A stretch of 64,000 nt of DNA from Alphaproteobacteria bacterium (GTDB taxonomy: Bacteria > Pseudomonadota > Alphaproteobacteria > MPNO01). Shown here piece after piece: positions 9,703-18,411 of this stretch. Made by a program: the position numbers and the translations under genes. The stretch's first letter is position 1. The number at the start of each line of letters is the position of its first letter. The stretch lies in contig CBDFLJ010000002.1 of NCBI GenBank assembly GCA_965248835.1, positions 384,001 through 448,000 of the forward strand, written 5' to 3'. The notes beneath the pieces were generated by a model. That model did no database searches and was not told the DNA's origin. It worked only from the letters and a program-made list of their open reading frames with translations.

Positions 9703-9822
9703 GGCATTGCTATTGGTCGTTGCGGAAGGTTGCAGCTTATGGCATTGTTTAATTGTTGACTAGGTAAATGATTGATTACATCACGCTCTGCGGTCCAGAT
9801 GTGGCACGCCGGGAGGGGAGCC
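9703..9822. promoter_or_regulatory. Divergent marR/hcrC promoter region with a candidate MarR operator (imperfect palindrome AATTGTTGAC-TAG-GTAAATGATT, 9751-9773)
   Basis: Conspicuously AT-rich stretch in GC-rich DNA; TTGACT at 9756 lies inside the palindrome; ATGGCATTG occurs twice (9701, 9739). Confidence 0.45.
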
Positions 9823-10308
9823 ATGAGAACCGTCCTGTCTCTGAGCCTCAACGGGAAGGGCCGCGACGATGTCGTCGCGGACAACATGCTGCTGGTCGAC
9901 TACCTGCGCGAGGTCGCCGGCGCAACGGGCACCAAGATCGGCTGTGACGGCGGCGAGTGCGGCGCCTGCACGGTGCTGATCGACGACCGGCCGCGCCATT
10001 CGTGCCTGACCCTTGCCGGTGCCTGCCAGGGCGCCCGCGTCGAGACGATCGAATCCCTCGAGCGAAGCGGTCGGCTGTCGGCGATCCAACGCGGCTTTCA
10101 CGAAAAGCTCGGTGCCCAGTGCGGGTTCTGCACCCCCGGCATGATCATGGCCGCCGAAGGCCTGTTGCGGGCGAACCCCGACCCGGACGAGGCGGCGATT
10201 CGTTCCGGCATGGCGGCCAACATCTGCCGGTGCACCGGCTACATCAAGATCATCGAGGCGATACGCGCGGCCGCGGTCGAAATCGCGGCCGGGGAGGCGG
10301 CGGCATGA
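9823..10308 (+). CDS. hcrC: 4-hydroxybenzoyl-CoA reductase gamma subunit (2x[2Fe-2S])
   Basis: [24 protein letters not shown]; GGAGGGGAG RBS; coupled to hcrA. Confidence 0.9.
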   Translation: MRTVLSLSLNGKGRDDVVADNMLLVDYLREVAGATGTKIGCDGGECGACTVLIDDRPRHSCLTLAGACQGARVETIESLERSGRLSAIQRGFHEKLGAQCGFCTPGMIMAAEGLLRANPDPDEAAIRSGMAANICRCTGYIKIIEAIRAAAVEIAAGEAAA

Positions 10309-12641
10309 GCCAGGCGATCGGCCCCATCCAGACGATCGGCGTGCCGACGCCGCTGATCGACGGCCCGGAAAAGGTCTCCGGCAAGGCGCTTTATACCGCC
10401 GATTTCATCAACCAGGCCGAACTGGTCGGGCGGATCCTGCGCAGCCCGGTGGCGCATGCAAGGATCCTCAGCGTCGATACCAGCGCGGCCGAGGCGCTGC
10501 CCGGCGTCCACGCGGTGGTCACCGGTGCGGACTGCGCGGACACCTATGGCGTGCTTCCGATCGCGATGAACGAGTACGCGATCGCCAAGGACCGGGTGCG
10601 CTACCGCGGCGAGGCGGTGGCGGCGGTCGCGGCCGAGGATATTGTTACCGCCCAGCGTGCGCTCGATCTGATCGAAATCGTCTATGACGAGCTGCCGGCC
10701 TATTTCACCGCCGAGGCGGCGCGCGCGGCGGATGCGATCCAACTCCACGACGAGCGGCCGGGCAATATCGAGCGCGAGGTTGACTTCGAGCTCGGCGATG
10801 TCGCGGCCGGGTTTGCCGCCGCCGATCTGGTGCGCGAGCGGACCTATCAGCTTGGCGAGGTCTGCCAGGTCCAGTCCGAGCCGCACGCCGCTCAGGCCGA
10901 ATACGACGCCACGCGCGAGCGCATCACCGTCCGCGCGTCCACCCAAGTGCCCTATTACGTCCACCTGATGCTCGCCCGCACGCTGGGCATGGAGCAGTCC
11001 GACATAAGGGTGATCAAGCCCCATGTCGGCGGCGGGTTCGGATGCCGGACCGAGGCGCTGCATGTCGAGCTGGTCGCCGCCCTGCTCGCGCGCAAGGCGC
11101 GCGGCACCGTCCGCCTGGTCCTGAGCCGCGAGGAGACTTTCATCACCCATCGCGGCCGCCAGGAGACTGCGGTCAAGCTCAAGCTCGGGATGAAGAAGGA
11201 CGGCACGATTACCGCGGTCGAGTGCGAATCGGTCCACCGCGCCGGCGGCTATTCGGGCTACGGGATCGTCACCATCCTCTACAACGGCTCGATGCTGTTT
11301 GCGATCTACGACCTGGAGAACGTCAAGTACAAGGGATTCCGGGTCTTGACCAACATGCCGCCGCCCGGCGCCTTCCGGGGCCACGGCACGGTCAACATCC
11401 GGTTCGCCTTCGAGAGCCTGCTCGACGACATGGCCGAGACGCTGGGGCTTGACCCGTTCACGGTCAGACGGGCGAACCTGCTGAGCGCGCCGACGTTTAC
11501 GGCCAACGAACTGATGGTCAATTCCTACGGCCTGCCCGAGTGTCTGGATATCGTCGAAAAGGTATCGGGCTGGAAGGAGCGGCGCGGCAAGCTCGGTCCC
11601 AACCGCGGCCTCGGCATGGCGTGCTCGCACTACATCTCCGGTGCGTCCAAGCCCAAGCACTGGACCGGTGAGCCGCACGCGACGATCCAGCTCAAGCTCG
11701 ACTGGGATTCCTCGATCACACTGTTGACCGGCGCGGCCGAGATCGGCCAGGGCTCGTCCACCGTCCTTGCCCAGTGCGTGGCCGAGGTGCTGGGGATCGA
11801 TATCAGCCGGATCAACGTCGTCGCCTCCGACAGCGCGCTCACCCCGAAGGACAACGGCTCCTATTCCTCGCGGGTCACCTATATGGTCGGCAACGCCGCG
11901 ATCAATGCGGCCGAGAACCTGAAGGCCGTGCTGACCGACGCGGCAGCGAAAAAACTCGACGTCCGTCCCGAGGACGTCGAATGCCTGGGCGATGTCTACC
12001 GTGCCGGTTCTCAGGACGAGGGCCTGACCTGGAAGGAGGTCGTGATGGCGGCCCTGGAAGGCACCGGCACGATCACCGTCAAGGGCACCTTCGATACCAT
12101 TCCCGAGTCCTGGGGCGGGCGGAAATACCGCGGTGCCGCGATCGGCGGGACGATGGCCTTCGCCTACTCCGCGCTGGTCTGCGAAGTCGCGGTCGATCCG
12201 GAAACCTGCGAGATCTCGGTCGAGAAGGTCTGGGTTGCCCATGACTGCGGCAAGGCGCTCAACCCGCTCTCGGTCGAGGGCCAGATCGAAGGCTCGGTCT
12301 GGATGGGCATGGGCCAGGCGCTGTCCGAAGAGACCCGCTACCACGACGGGCTCGGGATCACCGGCAACATGCTCGACTACCGCGTGCCGACGATCGTCGA
12401 ATCGCCGCCGATCGAGACCCACATCGTCGAAAGCGCCGACCCGCACGGCCCGTTCGGCGCCAAGGAGGCCGGCGAGACCTCGCTTGCCAACTTCCTGCCG
12501 GCGCTGACCAGTGCGGTCGCCGATGCGCTGGGCGTGCGCGCCAGCGAGCTGCCGCTGACCCCGGACCGGTTGATGGAGCTGCTGGAGAAGAGGGAAACGG
12601 ACACGCGGGTCGCGGCGCGCCGGATCGGGGAGGCCGGGTGA
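10305..12641 (+). CDS. hcrA: 4-hydroxybenzoyl-CoA reductase alpha subunit (Mo-MCD)
   Basis: HcrA-diagnostic strings GVLPIAxNEY, [49 protein letters not shown]; ATGA overlap with hcrC. Confidence 0.93.
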   Translation: MSQAIGPIQTIGVPTPLIDGPEKVSGKALYTADFINQAELVGRILRSPVAHARILSVDTSAAEALPGVHAVVTGADCADTYGVLPIAMNEYAIAKDRVRYRGEAVAAVAAEDIVTAQRALDLIEIVYDELPAYFTAEAARAADAIQLHDERPGNIEREVDFELGDVAAGFAAADLVRERTYQLGEVCQVQSEPHAAQAEYDATRERITVRASTQVPYYVHLMLARTLGMEQSDIRVIKPHVGGGFGCRTEALHVELVAALLARKARGTVRLVLSREETFITHRGRQETAVKLKLGMKKDGTITAVECESVHRAGGYSGYGIVTILYNGSMLFAIYDLENVKYKGFRVLTNMPPPGAFRGHGTVNIRFAFESLLDDMAETLGLDPFTVRRANLLSAPTFTANELMVNSYGLPECLDIVEKVSGWKERRGKLGPNRGLGMACSHYISGASKPKHWTGEPHATIQLKLDWDSSITLLTGAAEIGQGSSTVLAQCVAEVLGIDISRINVVASDSALTPKDNGSYSSRVTYMVGNAAINAAENLKAVLTDAAAKKLDVRPEDVECLGDVYRAGSQDEGLTWKEVVMAALEGTGTITVKGTFDTIPESWGGRKYRGAAIGGTMAFAYSALVCEVAVDPETCEISVEKVWVAHDCGKALNPLSVEGQIEGSVWMGMGQALSEETRYHDGLGITGNMLDYRVPTIVESPPIETHIVESADPHGPFGAKEAGETSLANFLPALTSAVADALGVRASELPLTPDRLMELLEKRETDTRVAARRIGEAG

Positions 12642-13618
12642 TGGAGTACATGCCGGCCTTCAAGTTGGAGCGGCCCGATACGGTCGCAGACGCGGTCCGG
12701 CTGCGCGCAGCCGATGAGACCGGGCGCTATCTCGCCGGCGGGACCGACATGGTGGTCAACGTCCGGCGCGGGATCGAGGCGCCGACGACATTGGTCGACC
12801 TGACCAACGTTGCCGAGCTCAAGGAGATCCGCGCGGACGCGGACGGGCTGCATATCGGCGCCGCCGTCCCGCTGAGCGCGGTTGCCGCCCATCCCGATGT
12901 CGCGCGCGACTACGCCGCCGTTGCCGAGGCCGCCGCCGCGGTGGCCGGCCCCACCCATCAGAACTACGGCACCGTCGGCGGGAACCTGTGCCTGGACACC
13001 CGCTGCCTCTACTACAACCAGAGCGAGTGGTGGCGCCGGTCCAACGATTATTGCCTCAAGCACCGGGGCGAGGTGTGCCATGTCGCGCCCGGCGGCAAGC
13101 GTTGCTTCGCGACGTTCTCCGGCGACCTCGCGCCGGCCGCACTGGTCCACGGGGCCGAGGTGACGCTTGCCGGCCCCGACGGCGACCGGCTTGTGCCGCT
13201 GCAGGAGATCTACAGGAACGACGGGATGGATCACCTCGCGCTGGGGCGCTACGAGCTGCTGACCACGCTGCATCTGCCCAAGGCCGGGGCGGGCCTGCCT
13301 TCGGGCTACCGCAAGGCACGGGTCAGGGGCTCGATCGATTTCCCGCTGGCCGGTGCCGCCGTCGGACTCAGGATGGACAACGGCGCGCCGGCCGAACTCA
13401 GGATCGCGGTGACCGCGGTCAACCCCATTCCCCATATGATCAAGGGCACCGACGCCTTCCTCGGCAAGCCGCTCGACGGGGCCGCGCTCGATGCGCTGCG
13501 CGATGCGGTGCGCAGCCAGGCCAAGCCGATGCGGACCACCACGGTCGCGCCGTGGTATCGTCGCCGCGTGGTGGGTGCGCTGGCCCGGCAGCTCGTGGAG
13601 CGTCTCCAGGCCGCCTGA
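12638..13618 (+). CDS. hcrB: 4-hydroxybenzoyl-CoA reductase beta subunit (FAD plus extra [4Fe-4S])
   Basis: AGGTD; Cys-rich insertion [35 protein letters not shown]; [10 protein letters not shown]. Confidence 0.93.
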   Translation: MMEYMPAFKLERPDTVADAVRLRAADETGRYLAGGTDMVVNVRRGIEAPTTLVDLTNVAELKEIRADADGLHIGAAVPLSAVAAHPDVARDYAAVAEAAAAVAGPTHQNYGTVGGNLCLDTRCLYYNQSEWWRRSNDYCLKHRGEVCHVAPGGKRCFATFSGDLAPAALVHGAEVTLAGPDGDRLVPLQEIYRNDGMDHLALGRYELLTTLHLPKAGAGLPSGYRKARVRGSIDFPLAGAAVGLRMDNGAPAELRIAVTAVNPIPHMIKGTDAFLGKPLDGAALDALRDAVRSQAKPMRTTTVAPWYRRRVVGALARQLVERLQAA

Positions 13619-13654
13619 GCCCGCCCTGCTGCAAACCCGGGGAGGGCAGAAGAG

Positions 13655-14491
13655 ATGGCCAGGGCAAATGTGCGCGGGATCGGCATCAACTACCAGGTCC
13701 TGGGCGAGGACGGCCCCTGGGTCGCGCTGTCGCCCGGCGGGCGGCGCGGCATGGAGGCCGTGGATTCGCTGGCCGGGCGGATCGCCGGGGCCGGCTACCG
13801 CGTGGTGATCCACGACCGGCGCAATTGCGGCGCCTCGGACGTCGTCATCGGCGGCGCGGAATCGGAATACGAAAGCTGGGCCGACGACCTCCACGCGCTG
13901 CTCCATCAGCTCGGCGCCCTGCCGGCGTTCATCGGCGGCGCGTCCTCGGGCTGCCGTACCTCGATCCTGTTCTACCTCCGCCACCGCGAGGCGACCCGTG
14001 CGCTGATGCTGTGGCGGGTGACCGGCGGCAAGTTCGCCGCCGAGCGCCTGGCATGGAACTATTACGGTCTGTTCATCGAGGCGGCGAAGAACGGCGGCAT
14101 GGAAGCGGTCTGCCGGACCGAGCATTTCAGCGACCGTTTCGCCCAGTGGCCGGCCAACCGGGGCCGGCTGATGGCGATGGACCCGGCCGACTTCATCGAC
14201 CGGATGGAGCACTGGCGGCGCTTTTTCCTGGCTGGCGCGGACCTGCCGGTGATCGGCGCCTCCGAGGAGGATCTGCGCTCGATCGCGGTGCCGACGATCA
14301 TCGTGCCGGGCTGCGACCGCATCCACGGCATCGAAACCGGCCGCAACGCGCACCTCCTGATCCCCGGCGCCGAGCTCTACGAGATGTTCACCGAGCAGGT
14401 TGACGTCGACCTCTACCCGCTCGAGGAATGGGACGCGCGCGAGGGGGAGCTCGCCGGCGCCTTCATCGATTTCCTCGAGCGCGCCGCGTAA
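13655..14491 (+). CDS. Alpha/beta fold hydrolase
   Basis: HDRRNCGAS, GASSG nucleophile elbow, PTIIVPGCDRIH. Confidence 0.8.
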   Translation: MARANVRGIGINYQVLGEDGPWVALSPGGRRGMEAVDSLAGRIAGAGYRVVIHDRRNCGASDVVIGGAESEYESWADDLHALLHQLGALPAFIGGASSGCRTSILFYLRHREATRALMLWRVTGGKFAAERLAWNYYGLFIEAAKNGGMEAVCRTEHFSDRFAQWPANRGRLMAMDPADFIDRMEHWRRFFLAGADLPVIGASEEDLRSIAVPTIIVPGCDRIHGIETGRNAHLLIPGAELYEMFTEQVDVDLYPLEEWDAREGELAGAFIDFLERAA

Positions 14492-14501
14492 AGGATCAGC
14501 G

Positions 14502-15320
14502 ATGCCGACGCGAGACTACGAGACCCTGCTTCTCGACATCGTCGACGGGGTCGGGCGGATCACCTTCAACCTGCCGCAATTCGGCAACGCGCTCACCCGG
14601 ATCGGCGTCGAGGAATTGCTCGCCGCGCTGAATGCCTGCGAGTCCGATGAAACCGTCGGCGCGGTCATGCTGACCGGCGCCGGCCGGAGCTTCTGCGCCG
14701 GCTTCAACCTCAAGGAGATCCCGCCGGTCGATGACGGGATCGCGCCGATCGCCGACCACTTCCGCGATCTGGCGATGTGGTGGCATCTGGTGCTGCACAA
14801 GATCGTCCATATCCCCAAGCCGGTGATGTCGGCGGTCAACGGGGCTGCCGCCGGCTCCGGGCTCGGCATGGCGCTGTGCTCGGATCTCGTGGTGTGCTCG
14901 CAGGACGCGCGGTTCCTGTGCGCCTGGCACACCATCGGGCTGGCCAACGATGCGACCACCAGCTATTCGCTTGCCAAGATCGTCGGCTTCCGCCGCGCCC
15001 AGGAGATGATGATCACCAACCGCACGCTGGGAGCGGCCGAGGCGGTCGAATGGGGCATCGCCAACCGCGTCTACCCGGCCGCGACCTTCGCCGAGACCGC
15101 CGCCGCCATCGCCCGCGACCTCGCCGCCGCGCCCACCCACCTCCAGGCGATGGCCAAGGAAAGCTTTCACCTCGGCTGGCGGCGGTCGATCGAGGAGGCG
15201 ACGGAATACGAGATCAAGAATGTCATGACCTCGGTCCGCGACCCCTATTTCCACGCCGCGCTCAAGCGCTTCCTCGAAGACGGCGGCAAGTCCTCCAAGG
15301 TCCAGGTCGAATTGCCCTGA
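14502..15320 (+). CDS. fcbB: 4-chlorobenzoyl-CoA dehalogenase (crotonase superfamily)
   Basis: Co-linear with Pseudomonas CBS3 FcbB as recalled: FCAGFxLxEIP, DHFR..A.WWH, CAWHTIG..ND..TSYSLA.IVG.RRA, LAAAPTHLQ.MAKE.FH.GW, TE.EI.NV, QVELP; F64, W89, H90, W137 and D145 equivalents present. Confidence 0.9.
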   Translation: MPTRDYETLLLDIVDGVGRITFNLPQFGNALTRIGVEELLAALNACESDETVGAVMLTGAGRSFCAGFNLKEIPPVDDGIAPIADHFRDLAMWWHLVLHKIVHIPKPVMSAVNGAAAGSGLGMALCSDLVVCSQDARFLCAWHTIGLANDATTSYSLAKIVGFRRAQEMMITNRTLGAAEAVEWGIANRVYPAATFAETAAAIARDLAAAPTHLQAMAKESFHLGWRRSIEEATEYEIKNVMTSVRDPYFHAALKRFLEDGGKSSKVQVELP

Positions 15321-15409
15321 AGCGATCGGACATGCACCGACCACGCCGATCGTGAAGACAAACGCCGCCCGCCGGCGGGCGTGCAATCACCGACGGCTGC
15401 CGCCGCGCC

Positions 15410-16402
15410 TCAGCTCTTGGACTGCTCCAGGGTTTCCGGGGTAAACAGGTCTTCGATGGCGAGCGGGCGCTTGGACAGGCCCTGCTCGTATGAGTACCGC
15501 GCCATGGTCTCGATCGATTTCCGGTTCTTCTCGATGCCGTAGGGCCAGTAGTCCTCGCCCATCAGGGCAATGGTCTCCTCGACCTCGGCGGCGAGCCAGG
15601 GCACCGTGGCCTTGACCGCGCCGAAATTGCGCAGACCCGGCATGGCCACCGCCTTGGCCTTCTCGAAGGCCTCGAAAACGTTGTTGGCGAGCCAGCGGTG
15701 CTCATCGACCAGCGAGCGGCGCAGGGCGGCGACATGCATGATCGGGTGCACCCCGGTCCTCTTGTAATAATCCTTCTCCAGCGCGCGGTAGTCGGGGAAC
15801 AAGCGGCCGATGTCGGGGTGGCCCTTGAGGAAGGCCGACGGCGGCAGGGGCGAGACCATGGCGTCGAGCTCGCCGTCCGCCATCATCCCCGACAGGCTCT
15901 TGTCCGCAGGGATCGGCCGGCAGACGATGTCGGACGGCAAATCCAGGCTCAGCTTCTCCGGCCGGCCGGGGTCCTCGATCCCGCCGGTGAGCCAGGTGAC
16001 GTCCGAGGCCTTGACGCCGTATTCGTCCGACAGCATGCCGCGGGCGGCCAGGGCCGCGGTGACCTGGTACTCCGGCACGCCGACGGCGCGGCCCTTGAGG
16101 TCCTGCGGGTCTTTGATCCCCCGGTCGGTGCGGATGTAGATCGCCGAATAGCGCCACATGCGCGACAGAAACACGGGGATCGCGACGTAGGGTGCCTCGC
16201 CCCGGTCGAGCATCATCATATAGGAGCTGAACGACAGCTCGGTCAGATCGAACTCCTGGTTGCGGATCGCGCGGAAGAAGATGTCGTGGATGTCGAGTGC
16301 GAAATGGGTGGCATCGCAGCCCTCGATCCTCACCCTGCCGTCGGCCAGCGCCTGCACCCGGTCGTAGTCCCAAAACGTCATCGTCAACGGCAGCAGCGCC
16401 AT
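15410..16402 (-). CDS. 4,5-dihydroxyphthalate decarboxylase-like protein (OphC/Pht5 family, periplasmic-binding-protein fold, no signal peptide)
   Basis: YDRVQALADGRV, EFDLTELSFSSY, PVFLSR, GVPEYQVTA, PIMH, DYWPYGIEKNR, EQGL. Confidence 0.75.
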   Translation of the reverse strand: MALLPLTMTFWDYDRVQALADGRVRIEGCDATHFALDIHDIFFRAIRNQEFDLTELSFSSYMMMLDRGEAPYVAIPVFLSRMWRYSAIYIRTDRGIKDPQDLKGRAVGVPEYQVTAALAARGMLSDEYGVKASDVTWLTGGIEDPGRPEKLSLDLPSDIVCRPIPADKSLSGMMADGELDAMVSPLPPSAFLKGHPDIGRLFPDYRALEKDYYKRTGVHPIMHVAALRRSLVDEHRWLANNVFEAFEKAKAVAMPGLRNFGAVKATVPWLAAEVEETIALMGEDYWPYGIEKNRKSIETMARYSYEQGLSKRPLAIEDLFTPETLEQSKS

Positions 16403-16517
16403 CGCATCCTCCCCCGGCTCACGGCTCAGCAAACCCAACCGTCCCATATGTCGTGGGCCGGGACAATTGCCAGCCGCGCCGAATTCGCGCAGCTTTGGCG
16501 ATCGATCGCGAGGCTTT

Positions 16518-17213
16518 ATGGCGAATCGGTTCTACCGACGGGTCACCGTCGAGCCCGTTGCCGGCGGGTTCGCGGTGCGGCTCGATGCGAAAGCGCTGCT
16601 CAGCCCGGGCAAGCGGGCGCTGCTGTTGCCGGGCGCGTCCCTGGCCCGCGCGATCGCGGCGGAATGGGATGGCCAGGGAAAACGCATCGATCCGGCGACG
16701 ATGCCGCTCACCCGCCTGGCCAATACCGCGCTGGATACCGTGATCGAGCGGCGGGACGCGGTGATCGGCGAGGTCGCGAAATACGCCGAGACCGATCTGG
16801 TATGCTACCGCGTCACACAGCCCGATTCCTTGCGGCGGCGCCAGGCCGAGGCCTGGGACCCGTTGGTCGCGTGGGTCGGAGAGGCCCACGGCGCCAGGCT
16901 CGTCGTAACCACCGGGCTGTTGCCTGCGGTCCAGCCCGAAGCCGCGCTGGCGGCCATCCGAGGCGCGGTCGAGGCGTTCGACGACTTCAGCCTGACCGCC
17001 CTGCACGCGGCGACCGGCGCGTTGGGCTCTGTGGTGATCGCGCTGGCCATGGCGGCCGGTCGGCTCGGCGCGGAGGCGACCCTGCACGCCTCGCTGATCG
17101 AGGAGCGCTACCAGAACGAACGCTGGGGCGAGGACGCCGATGCCGAGACCCGGCGCGCCAGGCTGCACGATGACCTGGCGGCGGCAGACCGTTTCCTGAG
17201 CCTGTGCCGGTGA
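16518..17213 (+). CDS. ATP12 family F1-ATPase chaperone
   Basis: [47 protein letters not shown]. Confidence 0.9.
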   Translation: MANRFYRRVTVEPVAGGFAVRLDAKALLSPGKRALLLPGASLARAIAAEWDGQGKRIDPATMPLTRLANTALDTVIERRDAVIGEVAKYAETDLVCYRVTQPDSLRRRQAEAWDPLVAWVGEAHGARLVVTTGLLPAVQPEAALAAIRGAVEAFDDFSLTALHAATGALGSVVIALAMAAGRLGAEATLHASLIEERYQNERWGEDADAETRRARLHDDLAAADRFLSLCR

Positions 17214-17485
17214 AGACCGTCCGCGCCAGGATAAGCGGGCGGGTCCAGGGCGTCTGGTTCCGCGCCTGGATCGAGGGCGAGGCCGGCAAGCACATGCTCG
17301 ACGGCTGGGTGCGCAACCGCCGCGACGGCTCGGTCGAAGCGCTGTTCCACGGCCCCGAGCCGGCAGTCGATCGGATGCTCGTGGCCTGCCGCATCGGCCC
17401 GCCGGCTGCCCGGGTCGAAGACATCGCGGTGTTCGCGGCCGAGGCCCCGGAACGGGCCGGTTTCACGGTGCATTCGTCGGCGTGA
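17210..17485 (+). CDS. acyP: Acylphosphatase
   Basis: [29 protein letters not shown]. Confidence 0.92.
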   Translation: MKTVRARISGRVQGVWFRAWIEGEAGKHMLDGWVRNRRDGSVEALFHGPEPAVDRMLVACRIGPPAARVEDIAVFAAEAPERAGFTVHSSA

Positions 17486-18113
17486 GCGCGGTCTGGAAAG
17501 TCTCGGCGAATGTCCGGCGCAGCACCGCATCGACCTCCTCCATCCGCACCGCAAGACCAAGGCGGGCGAGCGAGGTCACGCCATGCTCTCTGACCCCGCA
17601 CGGCACGATCCCGTCATAGTGGCGGAGCGCTGGATCGACATTCAACGAAACACCGTGAAAGCTTACCCAGCGGCGCAGTCGAAGCCCGACGGCGGCGATC
17701 TTGTCTTCGCCGCCGGGCCGTGCGACCCAGATGCCCACGCGGCCCTCGCGCCGCTCGCCGACGACGCCGAACGCGGCCAGCGTGGCGATCAGCCAGGCTT
17801 CGAGCGAGCGCACGAACCGGCGGACATCGCGGCCGCGCCGGCCGACGTCGAGCATCACATAGGCCACTCGCTGGCCCGGACCGTGATAGGTGAACTCGCC
17901 GCCCCGCCCGGTCCGATGGACGGGAAAGCGGTCGGGCGCCAGCAGGTCCTCGGGCCTGGCCGAGGTCCCGGCGGTATAGAGCGGCGGGTGCTCGACCAGC
18001 CAGACAAGCTCCGGCGCGGCGCCCTCGCGGATCGCGTCGGCGCGCTCCTCCATCGCCGCCACCGCTTCCGGGTAGGGCTGGAGCCCGGGCTGGATGCGCC
18101 ATTCCACCTGCAT
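17463..18113 (-). CDS. lipB: Octanoyltransferase LipB
   Basis: [41 protein letters not shown]. Confidence 0.95.
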   Translation of the reverse strand: MQVEWRIQPGLQPYPEAVAAMEERADAIREGAAPELVWLVEHPPLYTAGTSARPEDLLAPDRFPVHRTGRGGEFTYHGPGQRVAYVMLDVGRRGRDVRRFVRSLEAWLIATLAAFGVVGERREGRVGIWVARPGGEDKIAAVGLRLRRWVSFHGVSLNVDPALRHYDGIVPCGVREHGVTSLARLGLAVRMEEVDAVLRRTFAETFQTALTPTNAP

Positions 18114-18215
18114 GGGCGGAGCTTAGCACGCATGCGGACCTTGCGATGGCGACGCCATTTTGGTATCCCCGCCCATCGCGATTTGGCGCGCGAGGTGATC
18201 GGCTCCAGAGAATTT

Positions 18216-18302
18216 GCGGTCGTGGCGGAATTGGTAGACGCGCAGCGTTGAGGTCGCTGTGGGAGAAATCCCGTGGAAGTTCGAGTCTTCTCGACCGCAC
18301 CA
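18216..18302 (+). tRNA. tRNA-Leu (anticodon GAG)
   Basis: Acceptor stem GCGGTCG/CGACCGC-ACCA, D arm GGCGGAATTGGTAGACGC, anticodon arm CAGCG-TTGAGGT-CGCTG, long variable arm, GTTCGAGT T loop; 87 nt with encoded CCA. Confidence 0.96.
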
Positions 18303-18308
18303 GTTCAT

Positions 18309-18337
18309 CGGGCCCGCCCATTCCTGGAGCGGGCCCG
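18309..18337 (+). terminator. GC-rich hairpin right after the tRNA (possible terminator or processing signal; no U-tract)
   Basis: CGGGCCCGC-CCA-TTCC-TGG-A-GCGGGCCCG. Confidence 0.4.
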
Positions 18338-18411
18338 GTCCGAAGCCAGTACGGATCGGCGCCGGCACTGCGGCGGGCCGGCGTCAACGGTCTCGAGGTG
18401 GGATGCGAGGG

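Noticed and set aside
9770-9785. FNR/AadR box upstream of hcrC (TTGAT-TAC-ATCAC)
   Set aside because: The spacer is 3 nt instead of 4 and the right half-site is imperfect
4868-15380. Identical palindromic CCCGCCGGCGGGC at 4868 and 15368 as a REP-like element
   Set aside because: Only two short all-GC copies in GC-rich DNA; compatible with chance
18216-18302. tRNA-Leu as an island integration site
   Set aside because: Flanked by lipB and mgtE core genes; no integrase and no duplicated tRNA 3' end seen
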